Shown here: positions 30,712-43,115 of the stretch, one piece after another
Layout: each line of letters opens with the position of its first letter
Numbering within the stretch: the first letter of the stretch is position 1
Assembly (NCBI RefSeq): GCF_013122565.1
Contig: NZ_CP053258.1
Reading direction: 5' to 3' (one strand)
Source of the DNA: Escherichia coli
GTDB taxonomy: Bacteria; Pseudomonadota; Gammaproteobacteria; Enterobacterales; Enterobacteriaceae
DNA length: 64,000 bases
Notes under the pieces: generated by a model
Seen by the model: only the letters and a program-made list of their open reading frames with translations
What the model was told of the DNA's origin: nothing
Databases searched by the model: none
Made by a program: the position numbers and the translations under genes

Positions 30712-31485
30712 TCACTCATACTCTGCCCGACACATCGCCACCGTATCTTCTATCAGACGGCGCGCTACGGTGCCGGGCGGCGGGAGTAACGGCAAATCGT
30801 CATAGCGATACCAGTTCGCCTCGAGCAATTCTTTCGGGTCGATCACGATGTCGCCGCTGTCATATTCCGCCATAAACGCGGTCATTAAAGACTGAGGAAA
30901 CGGCCACGGCTGAGAAGTCACGTAACGCAAGTTTTTAACTTTAATTCCGCTCTCTTCCATCACTTCCCGCGCGACTGCCTGCTCGAGGGTTTCGCCCACT
31001 TCGACGAATCCGGCAAGTACTGTATGGACACCGTTACGATGGCGGGTATGCTGGGCGAGGAGGATCGAATCATCGCGACGGATGGCAACAATAATGCAGG
31101 GGGCGATTTGCGGGTAGTAACGCTCACGGCAATGGCTGCACAGCATCGCCCATTCGGTTTTGCTCGGATACATTTCATGCCCGCAGTAACCACAGTATTT
31201 ATGCGATCGGTAAAACTCCGCCAGTTGTACGCCACGTCCGGCCAGTTGAAACAGCCCAACATCGAGATCAATGACCTGACGTACCGACCCCATATCGTGA
31301 CGCCGCTGCTGTTGTATTAACCAAACAGGTTCCCCCTGCCATTCGCCGATTTGTAGTGCGCGCTGACCCACAAGATCGAAATTTGCCGCTTCGCCATATG
31401 GCAATTCTCCCTTCGGCAACCATAATTTTTGTTCATGGCTGACGACCCACCAGCCGTGATCTAATTTTTCAATTATACGATCCAT
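30712..31485 (-). CDS. nudC: NADH pyrophosphatase (Nudix hydrolase)
   Basis: 257-aa ORF with a Cys-rich zinc motif (CGYCGH..CSHC) and a Nudix box ([22 protein letters not shown]). Confidence 0.9.
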   Translation of the reverse strand: MDRIIEKLDHGWWVVSHEQKLWLPKGELPYGEAANFDLVGQRALQIGEWQGEPVWLIQQQRRHDMGSVRQVIDLDVGLFQLAGRGVQLAEFYRSHKYCGYCGHEMYPSKTEWAMLCSHCRERYYPQIAPCIIVAIRRDDSILLAQHTRHRNGVHTVLAGFVEVGETLEQAVAREVMEESGIKVKNLRYVTSQPWPFPQSLMTAFMAEYDSGDIVIDPKELLEANWYRYDDLPLLPPPGTVARRLIEDTVAMCRAEYE

Positions 31486-31579
31486 AGCTCTTGCACTACC
31501 TTTGCATCACTGGCATGTTTAACATGGTTTTTACATTTCTCACTGAGCAGTTTTTGAATACAAACTTGCGGAGTCAATC

Positions 31580-32056
31580 ATGCTTAACCAGCTCGATAAC
31601 CTGACGGAGCGCGTCAGAGGAAGTAACAAACTGGTTGATCGCTGGCTACATGTACGTAAGCATCTGCTCGTGGCTTACTACAATCTGGTTGGCATTAAGC
31701 CTGGCAAAGAATCGTACATGAGGCTAAACGAAAAAGCCCTTGATGATTTTTGTCAGAGCCTGGTCGATTACTTGTCTGCCGGGCATTTCAGTATTTATGA
31801 GCGCATTCTTCATAAGCTGGAAGGCAACGGGCAACTCGCGCGCGCCGCGAAGATTTGGCCGCAACTCGAAGCCAATACCCAACAGATTATGGATTACTAC
31901 GATTCCAGCCTGGAAACCGCTATCGATCATGATAATTACCTTGAGTTTCAACAGGTTTTATCTGACATCGGCGAGGCGCTGGAAGCGCGCTTTGTGCTGG
32001 AAGATAAGCTGATTCTGCTGGTGCTTGACGCCGCCCGCGTCAAACATCCTGCTTGA
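31580..32056 (+). CDS. rsd: Regulator of sigma D (anti-sigma-70)
   Basis: 158-aa ORF MLNQLDNLTERVRGSNKLVDRWLHVRKHLLVAYYNLVG... Confidence 0.9.
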   Translation: MLNQLDNLTERVRGSNKLVDRWLHVRKHLLVAYYNLVGIKPGKESYMRLNEKALDDFCQSLVDYLSAGHFSIYERILHKLEGNGQLARAAKIWPQLEANTQQIMDYYDSSLETAIDHDNYLEFQQVLSDIGEALEARFVLEDKLILLVLDAARVKHPA

Positions 32057-32109
32057 GTTCTGCGCTGTTAACGCGTAATTTACATTCAACGCCCCGTTTG
32101 TGGGGGCTA

Positions 32110-32205
32110 ATTTCTTGTCGGAGTGCCTTAACTGGCTGAGACCGTTTATTCGGGATCCGCGGAACCTGATCAGGCTAATACCTGCGAAGGGAACAAGAGT
32201 TAATC
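32110..32205 (+). promoter_or_regulatory. TPP (thi-box) riboswitch in the thiC leader
   Basis: ctgagaccgtttattcgggatccgcggaacctgatcaggctaatacctgcgaagggaa contains the conserved thi-box core (CTGAGA...ACCTGATC.GG.TAATGCC.GCG.AGGGAA); boundaries approximate. Confidence 0.85.
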
Positions 32206-32286
32206 TGCTATCGCATCGCCTTTGCGGCGATCGTCTCTTGCTTCATCCGTCGTCTGACAAGCCACGTCCTTAACTTTTTGGAATGA

Positions 32287-34184
<1,898 letters not shown>

Positions 34185-34185
<1 letters not shown>

Positions 34186-34820
34186 TGTATCAGCCTGATT
34201 TTCCTCCTGTACCTTTTCGTTTAGGACTGTACCCGGTGGTGGACAGCGTACAGTGGATCGAACGTCTGTTGGATGCAGGCGTACGTACTCTCCAGCTACG
34301 CATCAAAGATCGGCGCGATGAAGAGGTGGAAGCCGATGTCGTGGCGGCAATTGCGCTGGGCCGCCGCTATAACGCGCGATTGTTTATCAACGATTACTGG
34401 CGGCTGGCGATCAAGCATCAGGCGTATGGCGTCCATTTGGGGCAGGAAGATTTGCAAGCCACCGATCTCAATGCCATCCGCGCGGCAGGCCTGCGGCTGG
34501 GCGTTTCGACACATGACGATATGGAAATCGACGTCGCGCTGGCAGCACGCCCCTCTTATATCGCGCTGGGACATGTGTTCCCGACGCAAACCAAACAGAT
34601 GCCTTCTGCACCGCAGGGGCTGGAACAGCTGGCACGGCATGTTGAGCGACTGGCGGATTATCCCACCGTGGCGATTGGCGGTATCAGTCTGGCACGCGCG
34701 CCTGCGGTGATAGCAACGGGTGTCGGCAGTATCGCCGTCGTCAGCGCCATTACTCAAGCCGCAGACTGGCGTTTGGCAACGGCACAGTTGCTGGAAATTG
34801 CAGGAGTTGGCGATGAATGA
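34185..34820 (+). CDS. thiE: Thiamine-phosphate synthase
   Basis: ORF 34182-34820; ATG at 34185 ([29 protein letters not shown]) overlaps the thiC stop by 1 nt; 211 aa. Confidence 0.9.
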
Positions 34821-35568
34821 CCGTGATTTTATGCGTTATAGCCGCCAAATCCTGCTCGACGATATCGCTCTTGACGGGCAGCAAAAACTGCTCGACAGCC
34901 AGGTGCTGATTATCGGTCTTGGCGGGCTGGGTACACCTGCTGCGCTGTACCTGGCGGGGGCTGGTGTCGGGACGCTGGTACTGGCAGATGACGACGATGT
35001 GCATTTAAGCAATCTGCAACGACAAATCCTCTTTACCACTGAAGATATCGATCGCCCGAAATCGCAAGTCAGCCAACAGCGACTGACACAGTTGAATCCC
35101 GATATTCAACTGACGGCACTACAACAACGGTTAACGGGTGAGGCGTTAAAAGATGCGGTTGCACAAGCCGATGTGGTGCTCGACTGTACCGACAATATGG
35201 CGACTCGCCAGGAGATTAATGCCGCCTGCGTGGCACTCAACACGCCGCTTATCACCGCCAGCGCGGTCGGATTTGGCGGTCAGTTGATGGTACTGACGCC
35301 ACCCTGGGAGCAGGGGTGTTACCGCTGCCTGTGGCCAGATAACCAGGAGCCAGAACGTAACTGCCGCACGGCGGGCGTGGTTGGCCCGGTGGTCGGGGTT
35401 ATGGGCACTTTACAGGCACTGGAAGCCATTAAGTTATTAAGCGGTATAGAGACGCCTGCGGGAGAATTCCGACTGTTCGACGGTAAGTCGAGCCAGTGGC
35501 GCAGCCTGGCGTTGCGCCGCGCTACAGGTTGCCCGGTATGCGGAGGAAGCAATGCAGATCCTGTTTAA
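34813..35568 (+). CDS. thiF: ThiS adenylyltransferase
   Basis: ORF 34720-35568; internal start [40 protein letters not shown] gives 251 aa. Confidence 0.9.
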
Positions 35569-35752
35569 CGATCAACCGATGCAGTGCGCCGCCGGGCAAA
35601 CTGTTCACGAACTACTGGAGCAACTCGACCAACGACAAGCGGGCGCGGCTCTGGCGATTAATCAGCAAATCGTCCCGCGTGAGCAATGGGCGCAACATAT
35701 CGTGCAGGATGGCGACCAGATCCTGCTTTTTCAGGTTATTGCAGGGGGTTGA
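35552..35752 (+). CDS. thiS: Sulfur-carrier protein ThiS
   Basis: 66-aa ORF ending in GG (..LFQVIAGG), overlapping the thiF 3' end. Confidence 0.9.
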   Translation: MQILFNDQPMQCAAGQTVHELLEQLDQRQAGAALAINQQIVPREQWAQHIVQDGDQILLFQVIAGG

Positions 35753-35753
35753 G

Positions 35754-36524
35754 ATGTTACGTATTGCGGACATAACGTTTGATTCACATCTGTTTACCGG
35801 CACCGGGAAATTCGCCTCTTCACAACTGATGTTGGAGGCGATCCGCGCTTCCGGCAGCCAGCTGGTGACGCTGGCGATGAAACGTGTCGACTTGCGCCAG
35901 CACAACGACGCTATCCTCGAACCGCTTATCGCGGCGGGTGTGACCCTGCTGCCGAATACATCCGGGGCGAAAACAGCGGAAGAAGCCATTTTCGCCGCCC
36001 ATCTGGCTCGTGAAGCGTTAGGCACAAACTGGTTAAAATTAGAGATTCACCCTGACGCCCGCTGGCTGTTGCCCGATCCCATCGAAACTCTAAAAGCCGC
36101 CGAAATGCTGGTACAACAGGGATTTGTCGTGCTGCCTTACTGCGGGGCCGATCCGGTATTGTGTAAACGTCTGGAAGAAGTCGGCTGTGCAGCGGTGATG
36201 CCGCTCGGCGCGCCGATTGGCTCGAATCAGGGACTGGAAACCCGTGCCATGCTGGAGATTATTATCCAGCAGGCCACAGTTCCGGTGGTTGTCGATGCTG
36301 GCATCGGCGCTCCCAGCCATGCCGCGCAGGCGCTGGAAATGGGGGCCGACGCGGTGTTAGTGAATACGGCGATTGCCGTCGCGGACGATCCCGTCAACAT
36401 GGCGAAGGCATTTCGTCTGGCAGTAGAAGCAGGCCTGCTGGCACGTCAGTCCGGACCGGGCAGCCGCAGTCATTTTGCTCATGCCACCAGCCCGCTGACT
36501 GGATTTCTGGAGGCATCGGCATGA
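35754..36524 (+). CDS. thiG: Thiazole synthase
   Basis: ORF 35496-36524; internal start [34 protein letters not shown] gives 256 aa. Confidence 0.9.
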   Translation: MLRIADITFDSHLFTGTGKFASSQLMLEAIRASGSQLVTLAMKRVDLRQHNDAILEPLIAAGVTLLPNTSGAKTAEEAIFAAHLAREALGTNWLKLEIHPDARWLLPDPIETLKAAEMLVQQGFVVLPYCGADPVLCKRLEEVGCAAVMPLGAPIGSNQGLETRAMLEIIIQQATVPVVVDAGIGAPSHAAQALEMGADAVLVNTAIAVADDPVNMAKAFRLAVEAGLLARQSGPGSRSHFAHATSPLTGFLEASA

Positions 36525-37654
36525 AAACCTTCAGCGATCGCTGGCGACAACTGGACTGGGACGACATCCGCCTGCGTATCAACGGCAAAATGGCTGCTGA
36601 CGTAGAACGGGCGCTAAATGCCTCGCAACTCACCCGCGACGATATGATGGCGCTGTTATCGCCAGCCGCCAGTGGCTATCTGGAACAACTGGCCCAACGG
36701 GCGCAGCGTCTGACACGTCAGCGATTTGGCAATGTTGTCAGTCTTTACGTCCCGCTTTATCTTTCCAATCTTTGCGCTAACGACTGCACGTACTGCGGAT
36801 TTTCCATGAGTAATCGCATCAAGCGCAAAACGCTGGATGAAGCGGATATTGCCAGGGAAAGCGCCGCTATACGGGAGATGGGCTTTGAACATCTGCTGTT
36901 AGTCACTGGTGAACATCAGGCGAAAGTGGGGATGGATTACTTTCGTCGTCATCTCCCTGCCCTTCGTGAACAGTTCTCTTCACTACAGATGGAAGTGCAA
37001 CCGCTGGCGGAGACGGAATACGCCGAGTTAAAGCAGCTTGGTCTGGATGGCGTGATGGTTTATCAGGAGACATATCACGAGGCGACTTATGCCCGCCATC
37101 ATCTGAAAGGCAAAAAACAGGACTTCTTCTGGCGGCTGGAAACGCCGGATCGGCTGGGGCGTGCGGGGATTGATAAGATAGGCCTCGGCGCGCTAATTGG
37201 CCTTTCCGACAACTGGCGCGTTGACTGCTATATGGTTGCCGAACATTTGCTATGGCTGCAACAGCATTACTGGCAAAGCCGTTACTCTGTCTCCTTTCCG
37301 CGCCTGCGCCCGTGTACTGGTGGCATTGAGCCTGCGTCGATTATGGATGAACGCCAGTTAGTGCAAACCATCTGCGCCTTCCGACTGCTTGCACCGGAGA
37401 TTGAACTGTCACTCTCCACGCGGGAATCACCGTGGTTTCGCGATCGCGTGATTCCACTGGCAATTAATAACGTCAGCGCTTTTTCGAAAACGCAGCCAGG
37501 TGGCTATGCCGACAATCACCCCGAGCTGGAACAGTTCTCACCGCACGACGATCGCAGACCGGAAGCGGTTGCTGCCGCGTTAACCGCTCAGGGTTTGCAG
37601 CCGGTATGGAAAGACTGGGACAGGTATCTGGGACGCGCCTCGCAAAGACTATGA
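36521..37654 (+). CDS. thiH: 2-iminoacetate synthase (radical SAM)
   Basis: 377-aa ORF with a radical-SAM Cys motif ([10 protein letters not shown]); overlaps the thiG stop. Confidence 0.9.
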   Translation: MKTFSDRWRQLDWDDIRLRINGKMAADVERALNASQLTRDDMMALLSPAASGYLEQLAQRAQRLTRQRFGNVVSLYVPLYLSNLCANDCTYCGFSMSNRIKRKTLDEADIARESAAIREMGFEHLLLVTGEHQAKVGMDYFRRHLPALREQFSSLQMEVQPLAETEYAELKQLGLDGVMVYQETYHEATYARHHLKGKKQDFFWRLETPDRLGRAGIDKIGLGALIGLSDNWRVDCYMVAEHLLWLQQHYWQSRYSVSFPRLRPCTGGIEPASIMDERQLVQTICAFRLLAPEIELSLSTRESPWFRDRVIPLAINNVSAFSKTQPGGYADNHPELEQFSPHDDRRPEAVAAALTAQGLQPVWKDWDRYLGRASQRL

Positions 37655-37769
37655 GACGGAATGTAAGAACGTAAATTTATTCCGAGCCGCTACGGAAGAT
37701 GAAAAACGCAAGGTTGTTGAAAGCGTTGTGTTTTTTTATGGTAGTGCCGTCAGCAGGAATGTTGTCCAG

Positions 37770-37812
37770 GGCGAAAAGCTTCTTCCTCGTTTCGCCCTGC
37801 CTTTCTTAAAAA
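37770..37812 (+). terminator. Candidate intrinsic terminator of the thi operon
   Basis: cagggcgaaa-13 nt loop-tttcgccctg (10-bp stem) followed by cctttctt, about 120 nt after the thiH stop. Confidence 0.45.
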
Positions 37813-37879
37813 TTCCGTAATGCAAAGTCTGAAGCCATCGCCTGTTGAGCAATGAAAGAGATCTGATTGTAATAGAGTA

Positions 37880-38070
37880 AATACTCAACTATGATAGAGA
37901 CGAAAATAAGAACACATGTTCTCATCTTCCAGGATGCAGCAGACTGAAGAAATTCAGACATCCCGCAACCTGCGATTATCGCAAGGTCAAGGCAAAGTCC
38001 GGTAATGGCGTTCTGAATACCAGAGATAATTCTCTGGCGAAACCCACCTTAAGGTGGGTTTTGTTATTTT
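37880..38070 (+). ncRNA. Candidate small transcript (about 190 nt) between thiH and htrC, bounded by a sigma-70-like promoter and a canonical intrinsic terminator
   Basis: Promoter-like TTGAGC-17 bp-TGTAAT at 37845-37873; terminator hairpin aacccacc-ttaa-ggtgggtt at 38041-38060 followed by ttgttatttt. Transcript ends are predicted, not observed. Confidence 0.35.
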
Positions 38071-38603
38071 GAGGGCTGAGGAAGCTGCTTATTTCTCAAT
38101 AAGTTGTAGGCAATGGTGAAAAATTTCACTGATTTACCTTTCTGTTTTTCAGAAATGGGATAAGCGCTAGTTACATGCAAACGGAGTTTTTTCTTTTCCC
38201 TGAAAGCCCTGAACGCAACAAAGTAAAATGCCTTATCTCCTCCGTCTAAGTCCACCTCAATCACGGCATAGCTACCATACCCGGCATGAATAACGTTGCT
38301 TTCTGGCAGCGCCAAAATAGTTCTTTTTAAGTGTGTGCGCGCTAAGTTATAACGGTGCTGGCAGAAGGGACGAGATTCTTTAGGCGCGTGGTACATTAAC
38401 GATTGTTTTTCTTCGTTCGTCTGATGTTCATAATCTTTTGTGAAGCAGTGAAGAGAGTAGGTAACCCAAAAGCGATACTCTAAAGGCTCTTTGCCCTCAT
38501 GATGCTGAACGTAGACAGCCTGATGAGCATCAAGAAATGATAAATCACGAATATCACCATCCGGATGTCCAAAAGGTCGCCACTTTTCCACTTCCTGTTT
38601 CAT
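38064..38603 (-). CDS. htrC: Heat-shock / stationary-phase protein HtrC (YjaZ)
   Basis: 179-aa ORF at the conserved position between rpoC and thiH; identity by context and length. Confidence 0.7.
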   Translation of the reverse strand: MKQEVEKWRPFGHPDGDIRDLSFLDAHQAVYVQHHEGKEPLEYRFWVTYSLHCFTKDYEHQTNEEKQSLMYHAPKESRPFCQHRYNLARTHLKRTILALPESNVIHAGYGSYAVIEVDLDGGDKAFYFVAFRAFREKKKLRLHVTSAYPISEKQKGKSVKFFTIAYNLLRNKQLPQPSK

Positions 38604-38767
38604 TCTCGTTCCTTAAGAAAGTTACACAGGAATAGTATCGAATCCTTGCCGAGTTTGACTCAATTAGTTCAGTTAGTTTCAGGATATTAGTCATCTCTAC
38701 ATTGATTATGAGTATTCAGAAATTCCTTAAATATTCTGACAAATGCTCTTTCCCTAAACTACCCCCA

Positions 38768-38795
38768 TAAAAAAACCCGCCGAAGCGGGTTTTTA
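38768..38795 (-). terminator. rpoC intrinsic terminator (bidirectional-looking hairpin)
   Basis: aaacccgc-cgaa-gcgggttt flanked by A-run and T-run, just downstream of the rpoC stop. Confidence 0.7.
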
Positions 38796-38815
38796 CGTTA
38801 TTTGCGGATTAACGA

Positions 38816-41800
38816 TTACTCGTTATCAGAACCGCCCAGACCTGCGTTCAGCAGTTCTGCCAGGCTGGCAGATGCGTCTTCTGCAGTCACCTGCGGTGCA
38901 GCCGGAGCTTCACCCGCAGCACGGCGACGCATACGATCCTGGTGGTACGCGTAACCGGTACCTGCAGGGATCAGACGACCCACGATAACGTTCTCTTTCA
39001 GGCCGCGCAGTTCGTCGCGTTTGCCCGCAACGGCTGCTTCGGTCAGCACGCGAGTGGTCTCCTGGAACGATGCCGCGGAGATGAAGGACTCGGTTGCCAG
39101 AGACGCTTTGGTGATACCCAGCAGATCGCGGGAGTAAGTTGCACCCACTTTGCCGTTCGCTTCCAGTTCGCGGTTTGCGATCTTGACGCGAGAGTATTCA
39201 ACCTGTTCGCCTTCCAGGAAGTCGGAGCTGCCCGCGTTAACGATGGTAGCTTTACGCAGCATCTGACGAACGATAACTTCGATGTGTTTATCGTTAATCT
39301 TAACGCCCTGCAGACGGTATACGTCCTGTACTTCGTTAACGATGTAACGAGTAACAGCATGAACACCACGCAGACGCAGAATGTCGTGCGGCGCTTCCGG
39401 ACCGTCGGAAATTACGTCACCACGTTCTACACGTTCACCTTCGAACACGTTGAGCTGACGCCATTTCGGAATCATCTCTTCGTACGGATCGCTACCGTCT
39501 ACCGGGGTGATAACCAGACGACGTTTACCTTTGGTTTCTTTACCGAAGGAAACGATACCGCTGATTTCAGCCAGGATTGCCGGCTCTTTCGGACGACGTG
39601 CTTCGAACAGGTCCGCAACGCGCGGCAGACCACCGGTGATGTCCTTGGTACCGCCGGATTCCTGCGGAATACGCGCCAGGGTGTCACCAGAGCTGATCTG
39701 TACGCCATCTTCCAGCTGAACAATCGCTTTACCCGGCAGGAAGTACTGCGCAGGCATATCGGTACCTGGGATCAGAACGTCGTTACCCTGAGCATCAACG
39801 ATTTTCAGTGCCGGACGCAGATCTTTACCACCTGCGGTACGTTCTGCGGAATCCAGAACCACCAGCGAAGACAGACCGGTCAGTTCGTCGGTCTGACGCG
39901 TAATGGTCTGGCCGTCGATCATGTCAGTAAAGCGTACAAAACCGCTTACTTCGGTGATAACCGGCATGGTGTGCGGGTCCCAGTTTGCAACGGTTTCGCC
40001 GCCAGCAACCTGTTCGCCATCGCCTTTTGCCAGTACCGCACCGTAAGGTACTTTGTAGCTTTCTTTGGTACGACCGAATTCGTCGATCAGTTTCAGTTCG
40101 GTGTTACGGGAAGTGATAACCAGTTTACCGCTGGAGTTCACAACCGACTTCACGTTGCTGAGCTTGATGCTACCTTTGTTTTTCACCTGGATGCTGGATT
40201 CAGCAGCCGCACGTGATGCCGCACCACCGATGTGGAACGTACGCATGGTCAGCTGTGTACCCGGTTCACCGATGGACTGTGCCGCGATAACACCGATTGC
40301 TTCACCCTTGTTGATGATGTGGCCACGCGCCAGGTCACGACCGTAGCAGTGCGCACATACACCAAAGTCGGTGTCACAAGATACAACAGAACGTACTTTA
40401 ACCGCGTCGACAGAGTTCTCTTCCAGCAGGTCACACCACTGTTCGTGCAGCAGCGTGTTGCGCGGAACGAGGATATCAGCAGTACCCGGCTTCAGAACGT
40501 CTTCAGCAGTTACACGACCCAGTACGCGATCGCGCAACGGCTCTTTAACATCACCACCTTCGATAACCGGAGTCATCATGATACCTTCATGGGTACCACA
40601 ATCGTCTTCGGTAACCACCAGGTCCTGCGCCACGTCAACCAGACGACGAGTCAGGTAACCGGAGTTCGCAGTTTTCAGTGCGGTATCCGCCAGACCTTTA
40701 CGAGCACCGTGGGTGGAGATGAAGTACTGGAGTACGTTCAGACCTTCACGGAAGTTCGCGGTGATTGGCGTTTCGATGATGGAGCCATCCGGCTTCGCCA
40801 TCAGACCACGCATACCAGCAAGCTGACGAATCTGTGCCGCAGAACCACGCGCACCGGAGTCGGCCATCATGTAGATGCTGTTGAAGGAAACCTGCTTCTC
40901 TTCCTGACCGTCACGGTTAATCACGGTTTCAGTTTGCAGGTTATCCATCATCGCTTTGGATACACGATCGTTCGCCGCAGCCCAGATATCGATAACTTTG
41001 TTGTAGCGTTCGCCCGCAGTTACCAGACCAGACTGGAACTGCTCCTGAATTTCCGCAACTTCTGCTTCTGCCTCGGAGATGATTTCGTGTTTCTTCTCCG
41101 GGATGACCATGTCATCGATACCAACAGATGCACCAGAACGCGCTGCATATGCAAAGCCGGTGTACATGATCTGGTCCGCAAAAATAACGGTCGGTTTCAG
41201 ACCGAGAATGCGGTAGCAGGTGTTCAGCATTTTGGAGATTGCTTTTTTACCCAGCGCCTGGTTGACGATGGAGTAAGGCAGACCTTTCGGTACAATCATC
41301 CACAGAATGGCACGGCCAACAGTCGTGTCTTTCAGGCTGGTTTTCGCTACTAATTCACCGTTAGCATCTTTTTCATACTCGGTGATACGCACTTTAACGC
41401 GCGCATGCAGAGAAGCCAGACCAGAGCGATACAGACGTTCTGCTTCTTTCGGGCCAGTCAGCACCATGCCTTCGCCTTTGGCGTTAACACAGTCACGGGT
41501 CATGTAGTACAGACCCAGTACAACGTCCTGAGACGGAACGATGATTGGTTCGCCGTTCGCCGGGGACAGGATGTTGTTGGTAGACATCATCAGCGCACGC
41601 GCTTCCAGCTGGGCTTCCAGCGTCAGCGGTACGTGAACAGCCATCTGGTCACCATCGAAGTCGGCGTTATATGCCGCACAAACCAGCGGGTGCAGCTGGA
41701 TAGCTTTACCTTCGATCAGTACCGGTTCAAATGCCTGGATACCCAGACGGTGCAGAGTCGGTGCACGGTTCAGCAGTACCGGGTGTTCGCGGATAACTTC

Positions 41801-43039
41801 GTCCAGGATATCCCAAACGACAGCTTCTTCGCGCTCAACCATTTTCTTCGCAGCTTTAATGGTGGTAGCAAGACCACGCAGTTCCAGCTTGCCGTAGATG
41901 AACGGTTTGAACAGCTCCAGCGCCATTTTCTTCGGCAGACCGCACTGATGCAGACGCAGGTATGGACCCACGGTGATTACAGAACGACCGGAGTAGTCAA
42001 CACGCTTACCGAGCAGGTTCTGACGGAAACGACCCTGTTTACCTTTGATCATGTCGGCCAAAGATTTCAGAGGACGCTTGTTAGAACCGGTGATCGCACG
42101 ACCGCGACGACCGTTATCCAGCAGGGCGTCTACCGCTTCCTGCAGCATACGTTTTTCGTTACGTACGATGATATCCGGCGCAGCCAGATCCAGCAGACGT
42201 TTCAGACGGTTGTTACGGTTAATGACGCGACGATACAGATCGTTCAGGTCAGAAGTCGCGAAACGACCACCATCCAGCGGAACCAGCGGACGCAGATCTG
42301 GCGGCAGTACCGGCAGAACGGTCAGGATCATCCACTCTGGTTTGTTACCAGACTGAACGAACGCTTCCAGTAGTTTGATACGCTTGGTCAGCTTTTTACG
42401 CTTAGTTTCGGAGTTGGTTTCGTTCAGCTCTTCACGCAGCTGTTCGCACTCTTGCTCCAGATCCATGCTCTTCAGCAGAGCCTGGATTGCTTCCGCACCC
42501 ATCTTCGCGTCGAATTCGTCACCGAACTCTTCCAGCGCGTCCAGATACTGCTCTTCAGTCAGGATCTGCTGACGTTCCAGGTTGGTCATACCGCCTTCAA
42601 TAACCACATAGGATTCGAAGTACAGTACGCGTTCGATATCGCGCAGCGGCATATCAAGCAGCAGGCCGATACGGGACGGCAGCGATTTCAGGAACCAGAT
42701 GTGCGCAGTCGGGGAAGCCAGTTCGATGTGGCCCATACGCTCACGGCGTACTTTAGTCTGGGTCACTTCAACGCCGCACTTCTCACAGATAACGCCACGG
42801 TGTTTCAGGCGCTTGTACTTACCGCACAGGCACTCGTAATCTTTTACCGGCCCAAAGATACGGGCGCAGAAAAGGCCGTCACGTTCTGGTTTGAACGTAC
42901 GGTAGTTGATGGTTTCCGGCTTTTTAACTTCACCGAAAGACCATGAACGGATCATGTCTGGCGAAGCCAGAGCAATTTTGATCGCATCAAACTCTTCGGT
43001 TTTAGTCTGCGCTTTCAGAAACTTTAATAAATCTTTCAC
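38816..43039 (-). CDS. rpoC: RNA polymerase beta' subunit
   Basis: 1407-aa [52 protein letters not shown]... Confidence 0.98.
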
Positions 43040-43115
43040 GGATTTGCTCCCGTCGGAGTTAGCACAATCCGCTGCCGGGTTTTACCCCGACAGCAGTGAC
43101 CTGTTTGAGCGAGAA

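Noticed and set aside
37891-37947. 18-codon ORF (MIETKIRTHVLIFQDAAD) inside the candidate thiH-htrC transcript, considered as a small protein or type I toxin.
   Set aside because: No convincing Shine-Dalgarno sequence, not hydrophobic like type I toxins, and too short to assess; kept only as a note under the sRNA finding.
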